A stretch of 64,000 nt of DNA from Octopus bimaculoides (GCF_001194135.2 NC_068989.1:39182642-39246641), one strand, 5' to 3'. Positions 26,451 through 41,739 are shown, counted from the stretch's first letter. Notes: a model not told the origin generated them from the letters alone. A program made the numbers and translations.

Positions 26451-29440
26451 TATACATATATATATACAAGGAGAACAGAACAAGGTAGAAATGCTAAAAT
26501 AATTTTATCATGAAGAACATTTTAGTACCAGCTTCAATCTTTGCAACTTTTTCAACTTAGTGTAAAGTGTGAAAAACAATTAAACTGTGGGAAAATTAAA
26601 TGAAATGTCCTTTTAAAATATTTTCATAGTTTTCAAATACATGGGACATTTCCCTTTTTGCTGTCTCTCTCTCTTTTACTTTTGTGAAGGCTTGGTGGGT
26701 AGGTTGTAGCAGATCTGAAGAAATATATACATACATACATACATACATACATACACACACACACATACACATGTGCACACACACACAACACACACACACT
26801 CACACACATATTTATCATGCATGCTAACTACAAAAAGCGGGCTATAGAAGGAGAGAAGATTTCATAAAAGTGCTCCAGCACAGCCAGTCCTTACTTTGAA
26901 GTTAGTGATGAATGTGCATGCACAAAGTCCATTGTTGATAAAGATAACACATACCACACATGAAACTAACACAATAACTCACATATATTGCAATAATTAA
27001 AGGTATTTATCATTCTAATATATTTTATTGTCTGCTATGAAGATAAACAATCATTTGTTTCAAATAACGCTTTATATTTTATTAATGCTCTAGCATCATT
27101 ATTATCCAGTGGGTTTTTTTTAGGGAATACTGAAAGCACTACTATTTATTTTTCTTTACTTATACAATGCATTTCTGTTATCTATTTATTTATTTTTAAA
27201 TTGTTGGCAGTAGCTTAGAAATTACTGGAAACAGCCATTTGAAACTACATAAACTGTTGAAATCTATAAAGTCAAGTCATACAGCTATTTCTTTTCATTA
27301 ATTTAATGATGGCATGTTGGTTTCTGACACTTTTTAAAATGTTAAAAAATCAAGGAATATATAACATATGTACATTTTATATTTAATTTCATTATGTTGA
27401 CAGATCGTTATTTCTGTTAAACTTTGAACAGCTGTTACTACATTATATGAGGTTGTTTACCCTTGAAGGAGTGAGCAAAATTGCAGAGCATTAAAATAGA
27501 ACAGTTGTGGGAAGTATGTGTAACAGTAATGCCATAAACAAAGCTTGGTGAGGAAGGAAGAATATATTTAAAGCATGAGAAGAGATTCTACAGAAGTATT
27601 TCATCAGTGAAACCTTCAAGTCCTTTCTCGAATTGTGGTTTTGAGACTATGATAATAAACGATATGTTATTTGAGTCAAGTTTGACCCTTCCAGCCAGTT
27701 CTTACTAACACACAAACCAGCTATGTTTCTAAAGTACAATTCTTTCATGATCTATCTCTACTGCCTTATAATACAGCTTCTCTATAAGTGATCTTGGAAG
27801 CAGTCTCTCCACCAGTTATTCCCATAACAAAATATTGAATAGCAATTATTTAAACACTTAATAATTGTTTGTCATTTAGGTATAAGGCCAGAACGTTTTT
27901 GAGAAGAAAAAGTTAGAGGGTTGGCCAGTGCCTTCAATCTCAGTATTTAGTTTATTGACACTACTACTTTGGTTTACCAACCCCAGACAGTGGAAAGTAA
28001 AGCTGACCTTGAGAGGATCTGAACATAGAATGCAAAGAGTTGAAAATACTGCAAAGCAATTTATTCTGATGCTCTGATGATTTTACCTGCTCACTGCCTT
28101 ATTCAAGCACAAATAATGAAAATAGTGTTTAGTACTGACTCATGGCTAAAAATACTGGGATGTCCAGAAATGTTGGCAAAGTATTTCATTCAATGGAATT
28201 TTAGTTTTATGGGCACAAATACTCAAGTTTGTATCAATAAACTGTGGTACTTCAGAAGACATCAGCATCCAGCTGCCTCTATTCAGTATACCTAAGTAAT
28301 GTCTGTTGTATTTTAACAAGGCAGTCAGAGGAAGAAGAACAATGGTCATTATCAATGAAGACATTGCAAGATAGGCATGATTCTTGAAGATTCCATCCAC
28401 TTTGGATATCTGTAGGTCAATTTTGGGAGAAAATAAATGATATGGTCAGCCATAGTTGGAAAGGGAAAACTAATTCCTTGTTGAGAATTGTAAGATAACA
28501 CAGGGCATCTTTGAACTAGTGGTTGAAGCATGTTGGTGATCAAATATTTGTAAACCAGTAAAACAAGTATCTTTTGAATGTGGTCTAAAATATTAGAATG
28601 GTAACATGCAGTAGTGATACAATAGAAGATGAATAACCAATATTCCATTATGGACTATTCTTTTTGAAGGCAGCAAAATGATGTATTGAAGAGTGTTTTA
28701 AAGTAAAAGTGCCAGACATTTAAAAGAAAATTTTTCCTTGGTAACAGTGATAATAAAATATTGTTGGATAAACATCTGAATATGCCAAATGGTTGATCTT
28801 TTCAGAAAGATTATGACCTAATTCATATAAAACAAAGTATGACAGTTTTCTTTCAAGTGTGAGGACTTGAGTTTCCTTTATGCAACCAGATCTCAATCAA
28901 ATTGAAAAGATAGGTTTACATTTAAGGGGGCAAAGATAATGAGAAGCAAATAACATCAAAGAGAATAATGAGGAAAGTCATTAAGCAGATATAAGAAAGC
29001 AATTCTAGGAAGCTTCTAATTGATTACACTTTGCTCTATACCCTATTATCTGCAATAAATCAGAGAAAATAAAAGTAGACTAACCTAATTATTAAAAAGT
29101 TATTAACCCACTGCAACTTCGTTTTCTATTTTGAACAAGTGAGCTATAAACATTAGATATTAAAATGAAAATGTTATAAAATTGTATCAAAAGTATCATA
29201 CTAGTATTTTTTGCACTATATTGAATACTAGTGAGACAAAAAGACAAAATGATCTCTACAGGGATAAAGCATTGGTGATGGATAAAGCATAATGCCTATC
29301 CATGTATGTGTACATTTATTGGTACTGCTCTTCAACATAATGAAATTAACCTACTATTGCTATGAATGCTACTATTACAGTTGCTAACAAAATTTACTAA
29401 TTATATTGTATTACTAATGATAACCGTTTAATATTTTCAG

Positions 29441-29568
29441 CAACATTTAAAGTGGAGAAAGGTACAAAATGGGTGAAAGGGAACTACAAAAGTGTTGGAT
29501 TTTACCGAGTCAATTATGAAGTTGATGTCTGGATGTCTCTTGTATCTGAGCTGACCACGAACTATCAG
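29441..29568 (+). CDS. Internal coding exon of an M1-family zinc aminopeptidase (aminopeptidase N / glutamyl aminopeptidase-like)
   Basis: Branch-like tactaat plus ttttcag acceptor at 29440 and CAG|GTAGGT donor at 29569. 128 nt, phase 1 in, phase 0 out. Translates (x)TFKVEKGTKWVKGNYKSVGFYRVNYEVDVWMSLVSELTTNYQ, containing the conserved M1 motif KxNxxxxGFYRVNY...W at the domain III/IV boundary. Confidence 0.92.
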
Positions 29569-32500
29569 GTAGGTTCAGTTTGTTTCTTTCTTAATTCTCT
29601 CTCACCCATATATGTATGGTTGAGTGGACAAATGAAAGAAGGAGGCATTCAACATTTTTAGTTGGAGTTACATATATTTTTATTTAAAACAGTTTGATTC
29701 AACCCCGTGCAACCTAAAGTTTTGTAGGTTTATTACAGAAACCTAGCTTTTTGGGCTGCCCTACAAGTTAGGTTTCTGTAAAAAGCTTATAAAACTTTGT
29801 CGCATAAGGCCAAGTCAAACTGCTTTAAATAATAATAATAATAATGATACAATCCTTTCTACTAAAAGCAAAAGGCCTAAAATTTGTGGGGAAGGCGCCA
29901 GTTGATTAGATCAATCCTGGTACGCAACTGGTATTTAATTCATCAACCTTGGCAGAGTTCGAACTCAGAACGTAGCGATGGGCAAAATACCGCTAAGCAT
30001 TTTGCCTGGCACTCTAATGATTCTGCCAGTTCACTAATGTATGTATACACACACAGACACAGACTCACACACATCTACACATGTACACATATACATATAT
30101 ATGCTATGCCAGCTTTAAAAATGGACATAAAAAGGAACAATGTATTTATGTATACATGTATGTATGTAGATGAGACAGATACAAAGAATTATGTAAGTAT
30201 GCACTTTATGAGGCAAATAACCCAAGTTAAAGACCTGAATATATACAAATTATTACTATGATACACTTGAGAGTACCAGATAGAATGCAACCGCAGTTTT
30301 ATTGATAAACATGAAACATTTTGGAAGTCCTACTCTAAATTTTTATTTGCATGATAGGACAAAATGAATAGGAAATCCTATTAGATCCATAAACCTTCTT
30401 CCTCACACTCCTGTCCTAGCACATAGGAATAGACTATCATAAAAAGTTAGAAAGTCAATACTGTAAAGAGTACTTCAGGATTACCTCATCCATGATGGTT
30501 AAAATTTAACTTATAAATTTACACACATGCATGCATGTGCATGTGTGCATTGCCATGAAAAAATATACCCAGTACACTCTGTGAAGTAGACAACAAACAA
30601 GTGAAGAAAATATACTCTATGAGGTTTCTTTATTTATGTATTGCTGATGACTACTCAACCTTTTGTAATCTTGGTGTCATGAGAAAATGCACCCAGTACT
30701 CTCTGTAAAATGATTGGCAATAGAATGGGCATCCTGCCATAGAAACTAAGCTTAAATGACACATACAAATACCAGTTTATGATAGCAATTGTTTCTAATA
30801 TGAAAGGATTCAGATTGTGATGATCAATCCAACCCATACCAACATTTGAAAACAACCATAAAATCATGATAATGATATGTGAAGATTTGTAACATACCAT
30901 CAACTAGTCTGTTTCCTTGTTTACATATTCATGTAGTGCTGCCTTTGAGATAAGAAGATTTGACAAGAACTGTGACTCAAAGGTACCAAGCTCAGAATGG
31001 AATATTCCTTGCAGCTGCTATGGCCTGTTTGTCTATTCTGTATAAAACAAATCAGCTCCAGAAAGCCTACAGTCACTGTGAATAGCTTTCTAATTACATC
31101 TTTGTTTATAAAGATAGATCATGACACATGATGTTGATTATGTGTGTATGCATGTGGATATGAATGTGTGTGTGCCTCATCATCATTGTTGTTACCATAT
31201 TGTGTTGATTTTCCATGCAGACATGTGTTGGATGGGATATTTCTGCTCTCCTAAATGCTTGTTGTGGGTAATAATGACAGGAAGGGCATCTGACCGTTAA
31301 AAGAATTCTCTGCCCTAACACACTCATGTCTGAACTATGCAAACATGAGAAGGTAGACATTAAAATGATGATGATGATATATAGTTATATAAATATGCAG
31401 AGGCATGTTTGATAATTGTCGTCATCATTCTTTTACCTCTGTTCTTTATAAGTTGGATGGATTTGCTCACCCAGATGAGACAGGTAGAGTGGGACCTTAT
31501 CTCACTCATATTTCACTTCTGTTATTGGATTCTCTTTCTAAAACTAACCACTTTACAGATTTTACTGGGTGTATGTTTTATGACAACAATGCCAGAGAGG
31601 CCTCATCTTGGCTAAAGGGACCTAACAACATGACTTCTCTACTCACTTGCCCTCCTCTTTACAGAATGTGAAGTACAAATGATAGTTAGGTTAGTCCACA
31701 TTACTCCATAAGGAGCATAGGACTGGTTTTTCAGTTTCTCTGGCATGTATATTCCTCCTTGCATGGGACACCAGTCCATTGCAGGATTACTCATTTTAAC
31801 CAGCTAAGTGAACTGGAGCAACATGAAATGAAGTGTTCTGCTCAAGAACATAATGCATTGCCTGGTCCAGGAAACAAAATCACAATCTTACAATCATGAG
31901 TCCAACACCCAAACCTCTAAGCCATGCACTTTCACATGAATGATAGTGATGAGAGGGAAATGTGATTGTAGAATGATTGATAAGAGTATTTGGTATTCTG
32001 AGATAGATAAAAATATTTAAGGCAATATTCATAGCAGGAAGGTAACAGAAGTCTACGTGACAATGTTCATTCTGAGTTGTGTACTTAGGTGTATGTATGC
32101 ATTTTTCAGCAAGTGTACAAAGGAAAGAATGTACACTCAAAAGATTTACTAGATGAAATTGAATTTTTTCAAATGGATTCTCACATACTTTTCAAAGGAA
32201 GACAAAATTTGCACACATTGCAAATTTCTATGGACAGCCACAGTAAAAAAAGATTAGAGGGATCATTGCTATGAGGTCTAGGGGAATGAGCAATGACAGA
32301 GGGATGATAAAGATCCAGGATGTGTGGGAAAACTGGAAAAAAACACAGACAATGACAGGCACTACAGGAAGGGAGGGTGAAAGTTGAGTAAATTAGATAC
32401 AAGGAGGCTAGTCACCTACAAATAGGTTATGAGATGGCCTGGAGGTATTGAGTGATGAGGGGGTTCCATGGTAAATAGATAATAGGTGGGCTGTGTACCA

Positions 32501-32859
32501 GTTAATGAGAAAACAGAATTGGTGCAGTAGTATCAGCTGAAGCAATGTACAGCAAACAGAAGAAATTCACTTCCATCCTCAGTTACACCAGCGCAGAGAA
32601 AGGTGAGAATTGACAAGAGGAGGAAGTGTTTGAGAAATGAGCAATAGGTATGTATTAAAGTATGCAATGTATGGTAAACAGTAGATGAGCAATGAAGGTA
32701 CAGATAAAAGAATGCAATGTAAGGTGAACAAAAAATAAGCAACAATGGCAAGGGAGAGAGAATGCAATATGTGGCCCATGGAAAAGAGAAACACTACCAG
32801 TCTTGGTCATAATGAGAGCTTAGTGCAGTGCGATTAGTATGAGGAGGGTGTGAGTGAGG

Positions 32860-33060
32860 AATGAGTATTAGGGGCCTGGATACAGGAATCAAGTGCAAGA
32901 AAGATAAGGCACTGGTCTCCTGTACTACTTGGTTTATTATGCAAGTGACCAGCCCATATTCCATTCCACCAGATACTTTAAACATCTCTGTAGTGATACC
33001 TGATGAACTAGGTGCCTTCTCTGCTTTCATATCTCTAATCTCCTAACCTGCTATCAACTT
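32860..33060 (-). mobile_element. RTE LINE fragment (N-terminal edge of RT)
   Basis: MKAEKAPSSSGITTEMFKVSG resembles the KAPGxxGIxxEMLKxxG motif preceding RT domain 1. Confidence 0.55.
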
Positions 33061-33481
33061 GGCTGTCTGGCTGGCTGGTCTACTTAGATCTACTTGGGTT
33101 AGATCCTTTTTTCTCATCCCTATGCAGTAGCCTTTCATAATAGCACGTCCTTGCCTCTTTTTTTTTTTTCATTGTTATTCATTTTGGAGTTTGTTTATAG
33201 AAGTGTTTCATACAAGTAGACCTTATTCTTATCTGCCAGACCTGACTGCTAGACAGAAGCGGAGATAGATGTCACTATTATGTCATCAAAGTTAGTTATC
33301 CAACTACACCTTTTCACGATTTCAGTTATCTTATCTAACTATTTCCCTGCTGGCAATATGCTTATTTCATAACTAGTGCTAATTCAGAAGAGTTTGTAGC
33401 TTTGTTCTTTGCTTTGAGTATTTTGACCCAGGCTCTTTTGCAATTTGTTGCACAAGACCCATACTCCACAGTACTCAAGAA

Positions 33482-33765
33482 GAACCGTCCTCCACAACAG
33501 AAGTGTTAAGACCACATCCTCTGGTGAAGAGGATTGGCACTGTGCCAGTCCCATGTAAAAAACACTCGTGGAGGTGCAACATAAAAAGTAGTCATGCCAG
33601 TGCCAGATAAAAGCAATCGTGCTAATGACATGTTAAAAGCACCCAGCAACACTGTAAAGGTACCAAGCCATATCAGACTGGAACTTGGTGCAGTCTGCCA
33701 GCTCTGGTCAAACTGTCTAACCCATGCCAGCATGGAAAACAGACATTAAAGGATGATGAATGATG
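33482..33765 (+). mobile_element. Family A SINE/RTE 3' fragment
   Basis: Ends aacccatgccagcatggaaaacagacattaaaggatgatg like 1-170. Confidence 0.75.
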
Positions 33766-34854
33766 AACACACATCCATTCACCTGCCTTTCAGTATCTCC
33801 ACAATTTCATCTGAATTTTCTAAATGTAATAAATATATTGATGTATGTATGTACAAGGGTATCCTTATTGCTATAATTACTGCATGTTGCAAGAACACCA
33901 CAGTATTCAAATATATAAATATTTGTAAAATTGCCAAGTGATGTCTAGACTCTGAAAAAACTTAATTTGAAATTTTCTGAAAATTAAACTAAATATAGCA
34001 CATAAACCTCACTATATATAATAAAGAAAATAAAATTGGTCCCATTTTTACAGTTTACTAGTTTATTGACTTGCATCAGGGTATGCAACTATAATAAATA
34101 AATGTTTTTATTGTTCTGTAATTTATTGTAAAAGGAAGTGTTTGTTTTAATTTTAAATTACTGCCAAACCAACCAGAACTTCTAGAAAATCTTTCATTAG
34201 TTGCCCCCTCCAATTTTGTTTTCTTTGCTGCCTTTATTTTAAACCACAACAAACAGACTGACAGCCTTCACTTTTGATAACCCTTTTGCTACCAAGTTTC
34301 TATTGAAATGCATTGCCTTTATTTCAATTAATTTTGAAGAGTCTAGTAAAATAATTTTGTTGTTATTAAACTGGGATTTGGAACATAAATTAACATGAAG
34401 TTTTGATGGAAGGTTTAATTTAAATCACTTTAAAAGAAAAAGTTTATATCATAGGATCAAGGGTTGTATGAGGCAAGTTGATATCAAAAGTGTTAAAGTA
34501 ATGCACTTTTGATTGCAGTCTTTGATCCAAGTTGACAAAGACATTCTATTTCAATCATTGCAATGGCTTTGTTGTCATTTGAAAATTCAATGATGAAACA
34601 AAATTCTGTCCTTGTTCCTTATAAAGCTTTGTGTTCTGAATAATGTTATGCAATGTTGATTTGGTGTTAGCTTGTTCTCAACAAGTTTTAGCTTTGGTAT
34701 CATCACTTTCATGCTTGCTAATTATTGCTTCCAATCCATTTATTTTCCTAGTCTTTCTTTTAGTTTCAGTTGTATCAGTGAGAAATACGCACATATGCAC
34801 AAACACAGCTTTAGAATTTGGGGTAATAGATTGAGGGTTTGGTGATCTTTTATC

Positions 34855-35230
34855 TTACTTGTTTCAGTCATTAGACTGTGGCCATGCTGGAGCACTGCCT
34901 TGAAGAATTTTTAGTCAAATGAATCAACCCCAGTACTTTTTACTATCTTTTTCTTTTTAAGCATGGTACTTATTCTATCAGTCCCTTTTGCCAACTTGCT
35001 AAGTTACTGGGATATAAACACTTCAGCACCGGCTGTCAAGCAGAGGTGGGGGATAAACAAAGACACACACACACACAAACAATGGGCTTCTTCCAGTTTC
35101 CATCTATTAAACCCACTCAAAAGATTTTAGTTGACCTGAGGCTATAGTAGAAGACACTTGCCCAAGGAGTCATACATTGAGACTGAACTCAGAACCATGT
35201 GGTCAGGAAGCAAGCTTCTTACCACACAGC
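34855..35230 (-). mobile_element. SINE family C/D (cttgtttcagtcatt...ggccatgctggagcac; tatagtagaagacacttgcccaagg)
   Basis: Shares segments with 4040-4180, 9970-10125(-), 11450-11570(-) and 12020-12190(+); internal (CA)n tract. Confidence 0.7.
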
Positions 35231-35689
35231 AGAATATACAATTACATTTCAAACAAATTCTAGAAGCAACTGAGCAAGAATTACAGTACAACAAAATAAA
35301 GAATTTATATAAGGAGTATGCCACTATTCATATTGTCTAATCATTCTAAATGTTTTTCTCTTCCCACACCATATGTCTCAGACATAGAATCATTTTGATA
35401 AGTAAACTTAATTCTAATGCTTAAAGTCAGATTCAAGGTTCAGAAGAAGAAGAATAAAGACTAGATTAGAAGCAAACTACTCTAACATATATGACATACT
35501 ATGTCAGTCAGCTGTCTATACATTCATGCACAGTGCATACATGCATATATGTATGTTAAGAAGGGCATCCAGCTGTAAAAACTATGCCAAAACAAACACT
35601 GAAGTCTAGCGCAGTCTTCTGCCTAGCCAGCTCCTATCAAGCCATCCAACCCATGCCAGTATGGAAAGCAGACATTAAATGATGGTGTG

Positions 35690-35727
<38 letters not shown>

Positions 35728-35933
35728 CGTACATATATACATTTCTTTGTGTGTGTGTGTGCATGTATGTATATGCTCACACACACACACACACACACTT
35801 TATTTGTGGCTTAACAAGGCAACCAATGGTTTCATGTGAAGAGATCTTCACATATATGACATAAATCTCAATCATGGTTTAAGTATACTGTATATAGTCA
35901 AGCATCTATATATTTATAAACTTATGTATGTGC

Positions 35934-35973
<40 letters not shown>

Positions 35974-36048
35974 CTATATACACGAGTATTCACACGCCCA
36001 CACACACATTTCAAAGTAATAAAATAATGTATTAAAACATGTATGGTT

Positions 36049-36079
36049 GAAAGAAAGAAAGAAAGAAAAAAGAAAGAAA

Positions 36080-36155
<76 letters not shown>

Positions 36156-36312
36156 AAAAAGAAAGAAGAAAGAAAGAAGAAAGAAAGAAAGAAAGAAAGA
36201 AGAAAGAAAGAAAAAAGAAAGAAAGAAAAAATAGAAAGAAAGAGAGAGAGCAAAACAAGTGCAAGAAATGGAAGGATAGTTGGAAAGATAAAAATATGAA
36301 TGAGAGACAAAG

Positions 36313-36402
<90 letters not shown>
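36049..36402. repeat. Compound microsatellite (GAAA)n-(GATA)n-(GA)n
   Basis: Directly visible; explains the KKER and FFLS ORFs. Confidence 0.97.
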
Positions 36403-36406
<4 letters not shown>

Positions 36407-38899
36407 AAAAGAGGCAGATAAATAAGAAAAATTGAAAAGATGGGTAAGATAGACAGAAATAGATGTGTAGATCAGATAGGTGGGTAGTTAGGTGGATAAA
36501 TAGATAGGTACATAGCTATAACAAGCAGAGAAACAGACGGACAGACAGGGAGAGAGAGAAAGTGAGAGAGAGAGAGAGAAATTTTATGAATATTCTCTTA
36601 GAGAAGATGAAAAGAATGGAATGAATAAATACATTGAATCTGTTAGAAACTGGCTAGAAAACTAAAATGATAGCTTATATCAAAAAAGGAAATAAGATTA
36701 ATGGTGCGAAATTTGCAAATTTCCTGCAGAAGAGGAATAACAGGCTGCAGTATCCATCAAAATTGCAATAGTTTAGCTTTAAGTATCAATGTTAAACACT
36801 TGATGCAGTCAAATGCAATTAGATGCAAAGAATAATTTCTTACAACAGTTAACAGAGAAATGGGAATGGAAATTGAACCTACTCCAAGTTGAAGACTAAA
36901 CCAATTAGCAGATACTGAAAGATATTTGAAGAAATAGTCACATTTTTTATACTTTATCTCTATTGCCACTGCTACCACCAACACTGTCACTACCAACAAC
37001 CACTACCCACTTTTGAATAATGCAAAAGATGTGGGCGAATATCACATTGATTAAGAACAGAGCTATTCAAAAATTTTAATTGGATTTTATTTGAGACAAT
37101 TATCGCTAATATTGGAACCAATGTTATCGCTAAAAAAAACAAAAGGTAGGAAAATCCTTGAGAATAATGTTATTTCAGTAGCCAAGGATTTTATGAGAAA
37201 CTGGAATTATCATTCCAAAATATAAAAATTCCATAAGTTATTAACAAATATCAGTAGCAAATATTTCATATTTTTATATTCATTGTGTTCCAGTGACATG
37301 AACATTAATCTGAAGATTTATAGTTTGCTTTCATTGACGAGTGAATCTTCAGACTGGCCTGATGGTGATACCATGCTTTGTCATCACTTACTGCACCAGT
37401 CAACAGGTGCAACAGTGCATTCATCTACCCAGGTGTCCAAAGATGTGTCAACATTATCACGTTGCAGATCACCCAACTAGCACACATACATATCATTAGT
37501 ATCATTGTTTAAGGTCCATTTTCCATGTTGTGCTCCAGTATCTGCTTTAGCATGGTTTCTGTGACTGGATACCCTTTTTAAGTACACCACATCCCAGATT
37601 TGCTGGCACCAACAGTTTTGCCTATATCATCATCTTAACTCTTGGAATTAGTCAAGACCAGAGAAGCTGGTTACCTCCTGACAATGTTACCAATTGACCC
37701 TCAGCAGACATATCAAGTGATATATAGCAGACCAGATAAGTTCGGAGTGAGAACAATGGAGTTGTTCCCTAATATACAGTGTTTCCAAGTGTCTCACAGA
37801 AGGCAGAGAAGTAGAGTTCAACAGACCAGTTTTTACCAGACAACCCAGACCAAGTCTAGCAGAGAGTACCACTGACTCACACCAAAAACAAATGAGAGAT
37901 CTAAGTTCAACACTGTTGCTCCAACTCATTGTTACCAACTTCATAAACATACATGCAGTTGAGCTATGGCTGAGTTCACAAAAGTTTATTATCATCATTT
38001 AATGTCCTTTTACCATGCTGGCATGGGTTTGATAGTTTGACAAGAACAGAAGAGCCAAGAGGCTCCACTAGGTTCTATGTCTGCTTTGGCATGGTTTATA
38101 CAGCTGGATATTTTCCTAAAGCCAACTAGTTAACAGTATGTGCTGGGTGCTTTTTACATGGCACCAGCACTAGTGAGGTTGACAAGTACCCTGAGAGTGA
38201 CTGGAGAAAGAAACTATGAAAGAGGGAGAGGAACTAGTGTCTTTCTGAAGAGGTGAATGTATGGCTTGCCACCTGGAAAGCGAGAGAGAATGAGAGTGAG
38301 AGAGAATGAGAGCGAGAGAAAATGAGAGCGAGAGAGAATGAAAGCGAGAGAGAAAGAGAAAGAAAGAGGTGTGTGTAGTCCAGGTAAAGCATATAAGACA
38401 TATGAAACATATAAGACATATAAGACTTATAAAACATATAAGACAGAGGTACAGTATAAATAGGAAATAAAACAAACTATCTTACACCAAAGCTCAGATC
38501 ACTTCTGACATCTTTTGTAGCAACAGGAATCAACAGAACACTTCATTTAACTAATCTCATATGAGGCATGTGTTAAACTGAATAAATATACAAAGCAATG
38601 ACTCCGTGTCTGATAGTTGTGGCTGATAGTATGTGTTCTTTCTTCCCCACACTGTACACATGCAGCATATTTAGATACACACATGCACACAGATATATTT
38701 CTGTGATTGGGTGTATATGTGTGTGTGCGTGTGCACATGTGCATATGCATACATGTATATGTGGAAAAGTGCATGAATGTTGATATTCTATATCTACCAC
38801 TGCTTCAGTAAGATGGCAATGATGTCATGATGTTGACATTATGAGCAGTGACTCCGTACTTTCAAAGAGTTTTGCTAAATAAATGTGTGAACATACAAA

Positions 38900-38901
<2 letters not shown>

Positions 38902-38974
<73 letters not shown>
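38902..38974. repeat. (AT)n microsatellite
   Basis: About 36 perfect AT units. Confidence 0.98.
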
Positions 38975-38979
<5 letters not shown>

Positions 38980-39829
38980 CCAACTTACAGAATGCCAGAT
39001 TCATCACTGTGACACTCACTTTTTCAAGATTGTAAGAATCAGCTGGCATTTAATTTTGTTTACTATCTGTATACTATTTTCTTGATGTTGAAATCAAAGC
39101 CTCATACCATATGTACCATTGATAAAACTCATCATAGCTACATTAATTTATCGATTTATCGACCAACAGAGGATGTAATTAAAACCATTGTTAAGTGTCA
39201 TGCCATACTTTTTGTTTATCATGGACTGAATTTACAATTTCTCTACATATTATTTGTTACCTTGCCGGATTTCTAATTAGATTCATAATGTTCCGTCTAT
39301 TAAATATGTTAGCACTATTGTTATCTATTTAGATGGTGTCTCTAAAATATTTAATTTCTAAGCAAATTTATTTTCCTATGACAATAAAGTACAATCATGT
39401 ACATTTACTTAAGGAATCATTTAGCACATACTGGAACAATCAAAATAATGTAGTCATTGACTAAAACTGCGTGTTTTTTTTGTCTTTTTTTTTAGCTCAC
39501 CACACATTCCAGTATCGTTAGCTTTTAAATACACTATATATTCAAAATGTTAACACTACCTTATCTACTGACATCATAGGATTTAATATTTCATTTGCTT
39601 TCACACTTGAATATGTTATTTGACTGTTTCTCCCCTGAGAGTTGTTAGAGATTGAGTCTATCAGATATGCTGCTCCAATTTAAATAGTCAACATTTCATT
39701 TATCGGAGGCACATGAATAGAAGCAAGCATAGTTATGTGCTTAAGAAGTTCCCTTCTCAACTTGTGGTCTTGAGTTCAGTTTTTCTTCATGTTTCATTTA
39801 TTGTGTGTGTGTATACATTTGTGTGTGCA

Positions 39830-39862
<33 letters not shown>

Positions 39863-41693
39863 GTATGTATGTAAGTGTGTGTGTGTATGTGTACACACAC
39901 ATACATAGAGGCACACAGGGTGCAAGATGTATTTGAGGAAATATTTGGTAATCTAATAAAACAACTTTAATCTAGCAAAAGTCAACTATAATTTAATATA
40001 AATTTTATGCACACATCCTTGATAAGTTTTCTTATAAGATTATTTTATGAATCATCCACCTAAAGGGATTCCAGTCCTTAAGCAAGACTAGAATTGTTGA
40101 TATGCCTGTACTAAATGGTTCTTATTCATTTGGGCATCACCTGGACAATGGCAACCTTGAGTGAGAGATTGTCTAACATCCATTAATAATGCAGCATTCT
40201 TTTTTGTTTTTTATTTTTGACTGTACCAATAAAATTTTATCATTTTTTAAACTCTCAGCATAGCAACATACATTCGTCCATGAACAAACAGATCACTTGG
40301 GAAAAAAACTGATATATTTTATTCACTAACTGACAATGAGATTCATTGATTGTATGTATGTAGGACCTAGATAAAGGGGAAGATGTAATTGCATAAACCT
40401 AAGTGGAAGAGTGGTGTAAAAAGATTGCAGTTTATGTCTTAGCACAATGGCATATTTCACTCTTTTGTCAACTTCAGTCCTATGTTCCTGTAACTGGGTC
40501 ATATGAATTATTGCCCCAGAAGAAACTAGGCTGCTAAAGTTATAGCTAATGCAGACATCCGTCAGCTAATTGTTATCATTGACTTCATCATTGCAGAAAT
40601 AATTGATTTTATAAGTGACCATTTTCCATCGAACATGTTAAAAATTTTGTCATTTATAAAATCAACATCAGGGGTAAACCTGTAAACTTTGGAATCAATG
40701 TGCTGCTCAAAAACTTTATCATTTCATATTTCATTCAATATAACCAGAATATCATTTGGAAATTCAGTCTTGCTGTCAGATTTCAGTTGTTCCTGCCTTC
40801 ACCAACACAGTCTAATCACAGTCCACTTGATTCTCTAATTTTAAGGTTGTTGCACTTCAGTCTTCTCACTACTTTCCAGAATGTAGTATCGGTCTTAACT
40901 ATGTGTACATTTAGCAATTCTATATGCCTTTTTAAGATAGTAGTTTATCAAAAATTATCCTGAAAGACCATGATTTTGCAACAGATTATGGAATGAACAA
41001 TCAACAACTACATACACATGCACCAAAATTAGTGATGCTTCACCCTAACAACTGAAATTATAGCTTTTTTAAATATATTTTCACCAGTTTGCTGTTTACA
41101 TGAATATTGTCAATAGAATCCCTATCAATGGAAATTGGAATGTGCAAAGTTCAATGAACTATAGAAAAACTTGCACAGAATAATTCAGCCAGTTTTGTAG
41201 ATGCAATAATGAGAATTTAATCAAAATATGCTTCCACTTACTTAATATTTGATAATTATGTTATTCTGAGAACCATTAGGATCATCATCAAAGATTATTG
41301 TTTTATATGGAATCCATTTAGTTATGAAAAGCATGTTATTTGCTTGGTTCAATATGTTTTGTTTTTTCAAGTTTTTGCCTCTGTTCTCTGTTGTTTCTGG
41401 CAATGTATGGCAGTGACTCATAAAGTTCTGATCCGTAAAAGTAAAGACAACTACCCAAGGATGAGCTGAGGAAGGAAAATTCCATTGTGGCAACAGGAAG
41501 TTTTAAGATCAGTGACAATATAATGCCCATCATCAGCATTTGGATATTGGTGCTCTTCAGTATGAATCAACTGTGATCTTGAACAAATCCCAACTCATCT
41601 GCAACATAAAAATAGAGTTCTATATTTAAGAGATGAGGAATTATGTACATTATTTACATTTGACGGATATTTGTCCTCATTTTGTTTGTTGTT

Positions 41694-41739
41694 AACACAA
41701 TGTTTCAGCTGATATACCCTCCAGCCTTCATTAAGTGTC
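41694..41739 (-). ncRNA. Decayed minimal type-I hammerhead ribozyme motif (left arm)
   Basis: gacac TTAATGA a ggctg gagggtatat cagct GAAA C ATT gtgtt: core mutated (CUG>UUA, CGU>CAU), stem I gacac/gtgtt intact. Confidence 0.6.

Noticed and set aside
32089-32274. ORF after a ttttcag acceptor (QVYKGKNVHSKDLLDEIEFF...)
   Set aside because: No recognisable family similarity and only a weak donor.
39470-39555. Strong acceptor (ttttttttag at 39495) followed by a short frame SPHIPVSLAFKYTIY
   Set aside because: All frames stop within about 60 nt and no good donor follows.
41160-41600. Possible CR1-like endonuclease/linker remnant (WIPYKTIIFDDDP); similar faint LINE-like stretches at 28100-28650, 32290-32800 and 37640-37990
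   Set aside because: Resemblance is only impressionistic, with no intact catalytic motifs; needs a profile search.
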